Shown: piece after piece, positions 9,311 through 17,777 of the stretch
Position numbering within the stretch: position 1 is the first letter of the stretch
Layout of the letters: each line of letters starts with the position of its first letter
DNA from: Desulfatiglandales bacterium
GTDB taxonomy: Bacteria; Desulfobacterota; DSM-4660; Desulfatiglandales; Desulfatiglandaceae
Assembly (NCBI GenBank): GCA_963666345.1
Contig: OY762721.1
Location: 3,661,258 to 3,693,257, forward strand
Reading direction: 5' to 3'
Length of the DNA: 32,000 nt
Translations under genes and position numbers: made by a program
The notes under the pieces: model-generated
The model's input: the letters and a program-made list of their open reading frames with translations, nothing else
What the model was told of the DNA's origin: nothing
The model's database searches: none

Positions 9311-10510
9311 ATGAACCGGATGAAGACCATAGCCGTGGTAGGCACCTTTGACTCGAAGGGGGAGGAGCATCTCTTTTTAAAGGAGCGGATAGAGAAAAGA
9401 GGCTTTTCAGCCCTCACCATAAACGTGGGCACAAAAGGACCCGGGACCTTCAAGGCGGATATCGATCTGTTCATCCGGCTTGAAAAAGTGGACGGGCTTG
9501 ACCATGAAAGCAGAGACAGAGCCATCGCAGCCATGCTTCAAAGGGCAAAGGAGCTTGTAAGACAACTCCATGAAAGAAAGGAAATCTGTGGAATAATCTC
9601 CGCCGGCGGGGGCACCGGCACGCATCTGGGCACCGGCATAATGAGGGCGGTTCCGATGGGTGTTCCCAAGGTAATGGTATCTACTGTGGCATCAAGGGAT
9701 ATGTCGAAGGTGGTGGGTACCAGGGATATCACCATGATGCACAGTGTGGCTGACCTTCTGGGGGTAAACAGCATATCAGGAGCCGTGCTTGACAGGGCCG
9801 CGGCCGCGGTCTGCGCAATGACGGGTAACGGCTGGAGTCCGGGGATTGAAAAGAAAAGGATCGCGCTCACGTTTTTCGGTTTTATCACTCCGGCGGCTGA
9901 AATGATAAAGGAGCGGCTTGAGCGGCTTGACTACGAGGTGATCGCCTTTCATGCCAACGGCACGGGCGGCATGGCAATGGAGGAGCTTGCGTCCGAAGGC
10001 TATTTCAGCGGCATTCTCGATCTTGGGACACATGAACTGGCCGATGAACTGAAAGGGGGATACTGCTCCGGCATAGGGCCTGAAAGGCTTGTCCTCCCGC
10101 CGGGCATTGTTTTGCCGAGGCTCGTGGTTCCGGGGGGTCTTGACTGCGCGGTCCTTGAGTTTACAAGAGAAAAGATCCCTGAAAAATACAGGGGCAGGAA
10201 GATATTTTTCTATGATTTCCGTTCGGCCGTCCGTTTGAATGAAAAGGAGAGTCTTTTCATTGCCGCGCAGCTTTCGGAAAAATTGAACAAGTCACCTGCC
10301 GGGACAAGGGTTCTTGTCCCCCTGGATGGATGGTCAGAGGCGGACAGGCAGGGAGGTCCTCTTTACGACCCGGCATTGAGTGGGCTTTTCCTTGATAGAT
10401 TGAAGCGGACCCTTGATCCTGAAATAGAGGTCATGGAGGTCGGGATGCATATTAATGATCCTGCGTTTGCGCGGCTTGCCGCCCGAATCATGCATAAGAT
10501 GATCGGATGA
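9311..10510 (+). CDS. UPF0261 / Tm-1-like ATP-binding domain protein, paralog 1
   Basis: Start set at ATG 9311, with GGGGAGG 5-10 nt upstream (MNRMKTIAVVGTFDSKGEE...). Central SAGGGTGTHLGT and VPKVMVST motifs are typical of the family. The ORF-track start at 9236 lies in the pseudogene flank. Confidence 0.7.
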   Translation: MNRMKTIAVVGTFDSKGEEHLFLKERIEKRGFSALTINVGTKGPGTFKADIDLFIRLEKVDGLDHESRDRAIAAMLQRAKELVRQLHERKEICGIISAGGGTGTHLGTGIMRAVPMGVPKVMVSTVASRDMSKVVGTRDITMMHSVADLLGVNSISGAVLDRAAAAVCAMTGNGWSPGIEKKRIALTFFGFITPAAEMIKERLERLDYEVIAFHANGTGGMAMEELASEGYFSGILDLGTHELADELKGGYCSGIGPERLVLPPGIVLPRLVVPGGLDCAVLEFTREKIPEKYRGRKIFFYDFRSAVRLNEKESLFIAAQLSEKLNKSPAGTRVLVPLDGWSEADRQGGPLYDPALSGLFLDRLKRTLDPEIEVMEVGMHINDPAFARLAARIMHKMIG

Positions 10511-10529
10511 TCGAACGGCGGCAGGCGAG

Positions 10530-11051
10530 TCAGGCATCATGCGCTTTCCCCTTGGATTTTAAGCCCTGTTTGAAACTTTCCCAGAACTCCTTGTCATTGT
10601 CCTGCCACGCAGCCCCGAATCTTCTTTCAAAATAGGATGAAGGCAGTTTCTCCTGCCATTTTCCCCAGGGGTCTTCCCCCTTTTTCTTGGCCTCGATAAT
10701 GTCATTTATAAAAGAGGCGATATCCGCGATCTCATCTTTCGGTATATAGGAGTCTGCACCCTGTTTTATCGATTTTACCAGGTTGTCGGGCGTAAACGCA
10801 TGGGCTGTGAGCATGACGGCCGTTGTGCCTTTACTGTTGCAGATTTCAAGAAGTCGGTAACCGTTGACCCCCATGATATCAAGCACTGCTACGTCGAATT
10901 CCTCTTTTTCAAGCAGTTCCCGCGCCTCCTCAAACGTGGAGGCACTGACCACGTCACACATGAATAAAAGTTCTTCCAGTACCTGCAGAATGTCAGGTTC
11001 ATCATCGACTATCAAGACCCTTTTACCGTCAAGCAAAGCGGTTTCAGACAT
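10530..11051 (-). CDS. Single-domain response regulator (CheY-like receiver) with about 50-aa Trp-rich C-terminal tail
   Basis: VDDEPD acidic pocket, VAVLDIMG phospho-acceptor Asp context, YIPKDE conserved Lys. No recognisable DNA-binding output. GGAGGA RBS. Confidence 0.8.
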   Translation of the reverse strand: MSETALLDGKRVLIVDDEPDILQVLEELLFMCDVVSASTFEEARELLEKEEFDVAVLDIMGVNGYRLLEICNSKGTTAVMLTAHAFTPDNLVKSIKQGADSYIPKDEIADIASFINDIIEAKKKGEDPWGKWQEKLPSSYFERRFGAAWQDNDKEFWESFKQGLKSKGKAHDA

Positions 11052-11196
11052 GAATTATCCTCCTTTTATAAAATGACGCCCGATCAGTAAACAGTCAAGC
11101 GGTCGACTCAAGAACCTATCACATGATCCGGGAATATTCCACTGAATAGATAAGCAGTCCCATGCCTGATCGTGGATGACGAACCTGTTGCCCGCC

Positions 11197-12144
11197 TTAC
11201 CTCCTTCTTGCAAGTATCCTGTTCATGAGCGCCCCTATCCCCTGGGGCGTCATGTCTTTCGGGGTCAGCTTGAGGAGTATGTCCACAAATGCCCGGGCCG
11301 CCATTGAAAGATACTGCCCCTCCAAAAAGGCGATGCTCACGTCAAGAAATATCCTGCCTCCTTCAAGGGGCACGGTTGAAAGGCTTTTCCCCTTGAGCTC
11401 AAGGGCGACCGCCTCCTTTACCAGAAAGGAGATCCCTTCTCCCCTTTGAACCAGCTGTTTGATAAATTCCGTGTTGCTGGTATCCATGAGTATGTCGGGT
11501 GTGCAGCCGTTTCGAGTGAAAAGCTCGTTTACCAGCCTCCTAGTGCCTGATCCGGTCTCCTTCATGATGACCGGCTCTCTGGCCAGATCCCTTATGGAGA
11601 CGGTCTTTTCTGCGGCCAGCGGGTGATCAGGTGCGAGTATCACGACCAGCTCTTCCTCGCTGAAGGGAATGAAACGGACATCGGGGTTTTCCTCCGCCTT
11701 GGCGATGATGGCCACTTCGTTTTTGAAGTCCAGCAGGCTGTGAATCATGTCAAGGGAGCTTCCCTCATCCAGGTAGATCCTAACCTGAGGGTAGGTTTCA
11801 TGAAAACCGGTAAGAAGATAAGGCATGAAGTAGCGGGCATAGGTCTTTGTCGTTCCAAGCCTCAGGACTCCCCTTTTGAGTTCCTTCATCTCCTCTATCA
11901 GGTGCTCAAGGTCCCTTTCATAATCAAATACCTTTACGGCGTATTCAAAAAGTGTCTTACCCTCGTCCGTAAGATATATGCTGCGGCCCTTTCTCTTAAA
12001 GAGCTTGAAGCTGCAGTGTTCTTCAAGGAGCCTTATCTGGGCGGTAACGGCCGGCTGGGTGATGTATAGACTTTTGGCTGCAAGGGTAAAACTGAGGTGC
12101 CTTGCTGTGTGGTAAAAGACCCTGAGTTGATTGAAATTGATCAT
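11197..12144 (-). CDS. LysR-type transcriptional regulator
   Basis: N-terminal wHTH (LRVFYHTARHLSFTLAAKSLYITQPAVTAQIRLLE) plus a substrate-binding domain, 315 aa. Divergent from the pps-like genes. Confidence 0.9.
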   Translation of the reverse strand: MINFNQLRVFYHTARHLSFTLAAKSLYITQPAVTAQIRLLEEHCSFKLFKRKGRSIYLTDEGKTLFEYAVKVFDYERDLEHLIEEMKELKRGVLRLGTTKTYARYFMPYLLTGFHETYPQVRIYLDEGSSLDMIHSLLDFKNEVAIIAKAEENPDVRFIPFSEEELVVILAPDHPLAAEKTVSIRDLAREPVIMKETGSGTRRLVNELFTRNGCTPDILMDTSNTEFIKQLVQRGEGISFLVKEAVALELKGKSLSTVPLEGGRIFLDVSIAFLEGQYLSMAARAFVDILLKLTPKDMTPQGIGALMNRILARRR

Positions 12145-12169
12145 GTGCCTGTCCTTTAAAAATAAAGCC

Positions 12170-12214
12170 TAAGCAAAATTTATGGATCAGGGTGATGCAT
12201 AAGTAAAATTTATG
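12170..12214. promoter_or_regulatory. Two copies of TAAG(C/T)AAAATTTATG spaced exactly 30 bp; candidate LysR boxes (ATAA-N7-TTAT fits T-N11-A)
   Basis: Read directly at 12170-12184 and 12200-12214, 26-70 bp upstream of the LysR gene start, on the divergent side. Confidence 0.45.
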
Positions 12215-12472
12215 TATATCATAAATATTATGAAGTTGACAGACACTTTTCAGTAATAAATTATAAGACTTATTTCCATAACAAGAACCTGGTACCGATC
12301 CCTCCACCAGTCCTGAGACCTTATCAAAAAGGATTCCTCATTAAGCGAAAACGCAGGTCGCTTCCTGAAAGCCTTATCTGAACGTGTTTTTTCTGTCCTG
12401 ACGTAACGGAATTCCCGGCTCTGTGGGCCTCAAAAAAACAGCAGTGCCTTAATGGAACGGGAAAAGTGAGCT

Positions 12473-12521
12473 GAAGTGACTAAAGTGACTAAAGTTGGAA
12501 GTGACTAAAGTGACTAAAGTT
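12473..12521. repeat. Tandem duplication of GAAGTGACTAAAGTGACTAAAGTT (period 25 bp), giving four GTGACTAAA 9-mers
   Basis: Read directly. 9-mers start at 12476, 12485, 12501 and 12510, in the 686-bp LysR/pps intergenic region. Confidence 0.8.
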
Positions 12522-12830
12522 ATGGAGTCGCTTCGCTCCGCTTTCTTAGAGGTTCCATAGCCCTTTGAATCTGGGTTTTTTAGGCATTGCAAAGTCCGGA
12601 AGAGCAGGGTGTTTATTTTTCCCGTCCAATTGCAGAATGCAGTTTTCCTTAAACGTAAGAACCGGAATCAAGAAAGATAAAAAGAAAAAAACAGGAAAGA
12701 GGAGCCCCTCCACCTGACCCCCCGGCCCCTCAAATCCCTGTCCCCTATTTAAGATTTATTTCCCCGGTTTGGGAGTGCATCGACGCTCCACGCAACCATT
12801 CCAACCAACAACATCACAGGAGGGGGAAAA

Positions 12831-14690
12831 ATGGCAGATCAAAAGGCAGGAAGATTTCCGGATCCTCACGATTTCAAGGTGCCTCCCGGCCTGGAGGGCT
12901 GGGAAGAGATGTATCCATCGCACTATCTTTTTTCAAAGGAGAGGGGGGAATGGGAAAAGCAGCAGTTCTGGTATCAGGACAAGATTCATGCCCCTGAACC
13001 GGTGCCCCCCCTGGACCTGATCTTCCAGGAGGCCTGGCAGATCTCCCTTTCACAGTACACCACAAGGGTGTTCTGCATCCCCCCTGCCCAGGGAATCGCC
13101 CAGAGGATGGTCGGGTGCTACATGTACATCTGTGCCATCGCGCCGCCGCCCGATAAGGTTATCGGAGAAAAGGCGGCCCATTTCGAAAAGCGCGTTTTCT
13201 ACGTGTTCGAGCACTATGACGAACTGTGGGACAAGTGGCTCAACAAATTCAAGGCCCTCGGCAACGAGATGTCCGCGGTTGAGATCCCGGAGCAGATGCC
13301 CAAATTCGTGCCTGAAGATCAGGTGCTTCCCGCGCCCAGGGGCTACTACATATCCTATGACGTGATGGAGGCATTCGACAGGCTCGTAAACATGATGTTC
13401 AAGGGATGGCAGTACCACTTCGAGATGCTTAACCTCACTTATCTTGCCTACCTCATGTTCGGCGACGTATCAAGAAAGCTCTTTCCGGGAATCAGCGAGA
13501 GTGCCATCGGCAAGATGGTGGCAGGCGCCTATGTGTCGATGTTCAGGCCGGAGGAGGAGCTGTGCAGACTCGCAAGGCTAGCCTCTTCATCCCGCGGCGT
13601 TGCGGATATTCTGAAGACCGATATGTCGGTAGGGCAGAAGGTCTCCAAGCTTAACAAGATAACCGACGGCAAACACTGGCTGGAGGAGTTTGAGAAATCA
13701 AAGGACCCCTGGTTCTACGTGTCCTGCGGAAGCGGGTGGCTGCATCATGAGGGAAGCTGGATTACCAACCTTGAAATACCCTACAGCTATATAAAGGGCT
13801 ATGTGGAAAGCCTTGAAAGGGGCGAGAAGATCGAGCGCTCCCTTGACCAGATAGACAAAGAAAGGGACCAGATAGTAGAAGAGTACCGCAAACTGATCAA
13901 AACCGATGAAGACCGAAAATCGTTTGACGACGCCTACAAGACCATCCGGACCATATACCGGTACGCGGAGGATCATCTGTTCTGGGTGGAGCACTGGTTT
14001 CACACCATCTGGTATGAAAAGATAAGGAGATTCGGAAGCCTTCTCAAAGGAAACGGAATGCTCAACGAGGTGGACGATATATTCATGTTCACCCGCTATG
14101 AGATCCCGGAGATGCTGACCGAGCTTTCCACCGGCTGGGCCCTGGGAGTGGACATACCTTTAAGGGGCGATTTTTACAAGGCAAAGGCAAAAAAGAGGAG
14201 GAAGATCCTGGATGCTGCATCCGAATGGGCACCCACCCCCGCGCTCGGCGTACCACCCGAGGAGGTGGCGGAACCCTTCACGATCATGCTCTGGGGCGTG
14301 ACGACCGATAAGGTAAAGGAATGGCTCAAGGGTGTGGAGGTCCCGAAAGGAACTGAGATCAGCGAGATAAAGGGATTTGCGGCTTCGGCAGGGGCCGCGG
14401 AAGGTCCGGCCAGGGTGCTCAAGCTCTTAAAGGAGATCGTCGACATAAAACCGGGTGAGATTATCGTGTGCCCGTCGACCAATCCCTCGTGGGCGCCGGT
14501 GTTTACCAAGATCAAGGCGGCTGTCACGGACATCGGCGGGCTTACAAGTCATGCGGCCATAGTCTGCCGGGAATACGGAGTACCATCGGTCACGGGAACG
14601 GGAGTGGCCACATCCGTGATTAAAACCGGAGACATAATCAGGGTCGACGGAGACACAGGGCTGGTAACCATAGTGAAGCGGGCGCAGTGA
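12831..14690 (+). CDS. PEP-utilising-enzyme family protein with C-terminal swivelling phospho-His domain; phenylphosphate synthase alpha-subunit-like
   Basis: 619 aa (about 70 kDa). C-terminus GGLTSHAAIVCREYGVPSVTG carries the conserved T-S-H motif. No PPDK_N ATP-grasp domain; that is encoded by the next gene. GGAGGGGG RBS. Size and split architecture match Thauera PpsA and PpsB (70 and 40 kDa). Confidence 0.65.
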   Translation: MADQKAGRFPDPHDFKVPPGLEGWEEMYPSHYLFSKERGEWEKQQFWYQDKIHAPEPVPPLDLIFQEAWQISLSQYTTRVFCIPPAQGIAQRMVGCYMYICAIAPPPDKVIGEKAAHFEKRVFYVFEHYDELWDKWLNKFKALGNEMSAVEIPEQMPKFVPEDQVLPAPRGYYISYDVMEAFDRLVNMMFKGWQYHFEMLNLTYLAYLMFGDVSRKLFPGISESAIGKMVAGAYVSMFRPEEELCRLARLASSSRGVADILKTDMSVGQKVSKLNKITDGKHWLEEFEKSKDPWFYVSCGSGWLHHEGSWITNLEIPYSYIKGYVESLERGEKIERSLDQIDKERDQIVEEYRKLIKTDEDRKSFDDAYKTIRTIYRYAEDHLFWVEHWFHTIWYEKIRRFGSLLKGNGMLNEVDDIFMFTRYEIPEMLTELSTGWALGVDIPLRGDFYKAKAKKRRKILDAASEWAPTPALGVPPEEVAEPFTIMLWGVTTDKVKEWLKGVEVPKGTEISEIKGFAASAGAAEGPARVLKLLKEIVDIKPGEIIVCPSTNPSWAPVFTKIKAAVTDIGGLTSHAAIVCREYGVPSVTGTGVATSVIKTGDIIRVDGDTGLVTIVKRAQ

Positions 14691-14778
14691 TACGAATTTA
14701 ACCGGAAAGCCCCTTTCCCATTCAGGTCACTTTTTCGCTTCCTGTCTGTTGAAAGGGGCTTCTAGGTGAAAAGAGATC

Positions 14779-15849
14779 ATGGAACATATACTCGGTTTTG
14801 AAAGACTTGACAGGGGTTCCCTCGCCCTTGTGGGGGGAAAGAACGCGAGCCTGGGTGAGATGATAAAAAGCGGGGTCCGCGTGCCTCCCGGTTTTGCCGT
14901 TACAACCGACAGTTATCTTGGTTTTATAACAAAGACCGGTATAAAGGAGAAGATCTATGAGGCCCTCGCAGGTCTTGATCCTGAGGATGTGGAATCGCTC
15001 GACCGGGCAAGCGGCAAGGCGCGCGGGCTTATCATGGATTCATCCATGACAAGGGAGGGGAGGGATGCAATCGCAGGCGGTTATAAAACACTGTGCCGGG
15101 ATTGCAATAAAGATTACCTGCCTGTGGCGGTCAGATCAAGCGCAACGGCCGAGGACCTCCCGACCGCCAGTTTCGCCGGCCAGCAGGATACATTCCTCTG
15201 GGTCCTTGGGGCGGATAAGGTCATAGGCAATGTCCAGGCCTGCTGGGCAAGCCTGTTTACCCCCCGTGCCGTCAGCTACAGGATTAGGAACAAGTTTTCC
15301 CATGAAAAGGTACTCATAAGCGTCGGTGTCCAGAAGATGGTCAATTCGAGGAGCGCCGGTGTCATGTTTACCCTCAATCCGACCAACGGGGACCCTTCAA
15401 AGGTGGTCATAGAGGCAAGCTGGGGGCTGGGCGAGACGGTTGTTTCAGGTTCGGTTAATCCGGACAAGTTCGTGGTGGACAAGGTGATGCTGGAGATCAA
15501 TGAAAGGGACATATCCAAAAAGCATATAGAATGCCTGTATGACCCGGATGAAAAAAAGGTGGTCAACATCGAGGTGGAGCCGGAAAGACAGCAGAAATGC
15601 TGCCTGGAGGGCCGTGAGGTAAGGGAACTGGCCAGACTGGCAAAGGAAATAGAGGTCCATTACGGATGCCCCATGGACATCGAGTGGGCCATAGAAGAAG
15701 ACGCGTCCTTTCCCGAGAACATATTTATCGTTCAGGCACGGCCCGAGACCGTCTGGAGCCGGAAGGAGTCAAAGCCCGTCATAGGGGCGAAGAGCGGCTA
15801 TCAGCTTTTGATGGAAAAGGCGATGACAAGGATAAAGCTGAGGACATGA
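14779..15849 (+). CDS. PEP synthase N-terminal (ATP-grasp, PPDK_N) domain protein; phenylphosphate synthase beta-subunit-like
   Basis: 356 aa (about 40 kDa). GGKNASLGEM and VAVRSSATAEDLPTASFAGQQDTFL motifs of pyruvate-phosphate-dikinase/PEP-synthase nucleotide-binding domains. Confidence 0.7.
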   Translation: MEHILGFERLDRGSLALVGGKNASLGEMIKSGVRVPPGFAVTTDSYLGFITKTGIKEKIYEALAGLDPEDVESLDRASGKARGLIMDSSMTREGRDAIAGGYKTLCRDCNKDYLPVAVRSSATAEDLPTASFAGQQDTFLWVLGADKVIGNVQACWASLFTPRAVSYRIRNKFSHEKVLISVGVQKMVNSRSAGVMFTLNPTNGDPSKVVIEASWGLGETVVSGSVNPDKFVVDKVMLEINERDISKKHIECLYDPDEKKVVNIEVEPERQQKCCLEGREVRELARLAKEIEVHYGCPMDIEWAIEEDASFPENIFIVQARPETVWSRKESKPVIGAKSGYQLLMEKAMTRIKLRT

Positions 15850-16063
15850 ATGAGATAAAATCCCCTTGTCCGATTAAGCTGGAGAAGAACCTTTTCAATA
15901 ATCCGGCATTCAGGGAAAACCAGGATAGAAGGATTTTGCATTTAAGGGTCATCTCCAAAAGAGTTGATTTAAATGAAGGAGTCTTTGCTCTTCTTATTCC
16001 TCGCTCAGTCCCACCCTTCGACAAGCTCAGGGCGGGTTCCCGGAAGGGGCCAAGGGTTCTAGG

Positions 16064-16273
16064 TATGGGAGGAAAACGAGTATAGAGTATGTGAGATTTC
16101 TCTATATTGCATATGGTTCAGTCTGTGAATCGGAAATTCGGGCCATGATATCAGCTGAATTGGGTTATTTGAAAGAAGTAAGGCTTCAGGAATTAAGGGG
16201 GAAAATCGGGGATGTCGAGACAATGCTCAAAGCGTTGATCAAATCCCCGGAAAGAAAACCCTCGAATCCTTGA
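16064..16273 (+). pseudogene. 5'-truncated four-helix-bundle protein gene fragment (C-terminal about 70 codons only)
   Basis: YGRKTSIEYVRFLYIAYGSVCESEIRAMISAELGYL... is homologous to codons 55 onward of the 8701..9102 gene. Upstream, homology is replaced by an 18-nt terminal-repeat-like sequence (16046-16063). Confidence 0.7.
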
Positions 16274-16321
16274 CTCCTGGAACCCTTGGACCCTTTCTCC
16301 CAACTAATTGGGAGAAGAACC
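16064..16321. repeat. Right arm of about 250-bp inverted repeat (pairs with 8691-8940)
   Basis: Same hand alignment as the left arm. The arm carries an 8-nt insertion (TTGACTCC) relative to the left arm. Confidence 0.85.
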
Positions 16322-16359
16322 GCATTTTTAACCGGCAGAAAGGGAGGTAAACAGGATCG

Positions 16360-17760
16360 ATGAAAGACATGAGAGATTTTATCCAAGAGGCGGAAGCCCG
16401 GGGCCTGCTCCACAGGATAAAGGCCGAGGTGGACTGGAACCTTGAGCTGTCCCATATCGCAAAACTTAACGAGGAAAACCAGGGACCGGCACTGCTTTTC
16501 GAAAACGTCAAGGATTACGACTCCCCAGTCATCACGAGCGTGTGCACCACCACCGAAAGACTTGCCCTCATAATGGGCATGCCGGGGGAATCGTCCTTGG
16601 TGGACATCATGAGGATGTGGGTGGAGAAAAATGAAGACAGGATTCCCCCCAGATATGTGGACAATGCGCCGTGCAAGGAAAACATCATGATGGGTGATGA
16701 TGTGGATCTTTTCAGGTTTCCCGCGCCCAAGTTTTATCCGATGGACGGCGGGCGTTTTTTCGGTACCGCCCATTTCGTGGTCACAAAAGACCCTGATACC
16801 GGGTGGGTCAACCTTGGCACATACAGGCTCCAGCTCCTGGACAAAAATCATCTCGGAACCCAGTTCATAAAGGGAAAGCATGCGGATATCATGCTCAAGA
16901 AATACCAGAAGCTGAAGGAGCCGATGCCTGTTGCGGTAGTGGTGGGATGCGACCCGATACTCTTTCTGATGGGGGCCTCAAGGCTCTCGGCCTTTGAAAG
17001 TGAATATGATTTCGCAGGCTCCATAAGGGGTGAGGCAATAGATGTAATAAAGGCTGAGACAAACGACCTGCCGGTTCCGGCCACGGCCGAGATCGTGGTG
17101 GAAGGGGAGGTGGACGCGGACACATTCATGGACGAAGGCCCGTTCGGCGAGTACACAGGCTACTATTCAGGTGTGGGGACCGACCCGAGAAATTTCATAG
17201 ACGTAAAGTGCGTGACCCACAGGACAAATCCCGTGTTCTGGTCCACCACGGTGGGACGCGCGGTGACGGACACCCACATGACCATGGCGCTTACCTACGG
17301 CGCGACCCTGTGGCAGCAGCTTGTCGCCATGAAAATCCCCGGCATAAAGGCGGTCTACTGCCCGCCCGAGGGCTCGGGACGCTTTCTTGCCATAATTTCC
17401 ATGACCCAGATGTATCCGGGACACGCGGATCAGGTCCTTACCGCCGCCATATCGACCGAGATGGGCGCCTACGGCCTCAAGACCGTTATCGTGGTGGATG
17501 ATGATATCGACCCGTGGGATATATCAAGGGTCATGTATGCGCTCAGCTTCAGGTTTCAGCCTAACAGGAGTCAGGTAATAAAAAGAGGGAGGTCCACCCC
17601 GCTTGATCCTTCTCTTCCCTTAAACGCAAGGGAGATCACAGGCAGGCTCCTGCTGGACGCCACCATACCGTATGACTGGAAGGAAAAGCCGATCCCTATT
17701 GAGCTTGATCCGGAGCTGGTGGAAAAGATAAAGGGCCGATGGTCTGAACTGGGGTTTTAG
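16360..17760 (+). CDS. UbiD-family prFMN-dependent (de)carboxylase
   Basis: 466 aa. N-terminus MKDMRDFIQEAEARGLLHRIKAEVDWNLELSHI...GPALLFENVKDY is typical of UbiD-family enzymes. GGGAGG RBS. Size matches the phenylphosphate carboxylase alpha/beta-type subunits. Confidence 0.85.
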   Translation: MKDMRDFIQEAEARGLLHRIKAEVDWNLELSHIAKLNEENQGPALLFENVKDYDSPVITSVCTTTERLALIMGMPGESSLVDIMRMWVEKNEDRIPPRYVDNAPCKENIMMGDDVDLFRFPAPKFYPMDGGRFFGTAHFVVTKDPDTGWVNLGTYRLQLLDKNHLGTQFIKGKHADIMLKKYQKLKEPMPVAVVVGCDPILFLMGASRLSAFESEYDFAGSIRGEAIDVIKAETNDLPVPATAEIVVEGEVDADTFMDEGPFGEYTGYYSGVGTDPRNFIDVKCVTHRTNPVFWSTTVGRAVTDTHMTMALTYGATLWQQLVAMKIPGIKAVYCPPEGSGRFLAIISMTQMYPGHADQVLTAAISTEMGAYGLKTVIVVDDDIDPWDISRVMYALSFRFQPNRSQVIKRGRSTPLDPSLPLNAREITGRLLLDATIPYDWKEKPIPIELDPELVEKIKGRWSELGF

Positions 17761-17777
17761 ACAGGGGGAGAATCGAT

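Noticed and set aside
12023-12307. 94-aa minus-strand ORF and the 83-aa ORF 12769..13020 in the LysR/pps control region
   Set aside because: Both overlap supported genes or their starts in other frames, and neither has motifs. They are likely spurious.
12473-12521. Possible CRISPR-like array (repeated GTGACTAAA units)
   Set aside because: The units are only 9 nt long and directly abutting or 7 nt apart, with no unique spacers. There are no cas genes. This is a tandem duplication, not a CRISPR.
15666-16085. 139-aa plus-strand ORF running from inside the ppsB-like gene into the repeat arm
   Set aside because: It is an alternative frame of a supported CDS and continues through non-coding spacer. 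The product is Arg-rich and low in complexity.
16186-16881. 231-aa minus-strand ORF overlapping the 5' third of the UbiD gene
   Set aside because: It is antisense to a gene with unmistakable UbiD homology. The product is rich in His, Arg and Pro and has no recognisable domain.
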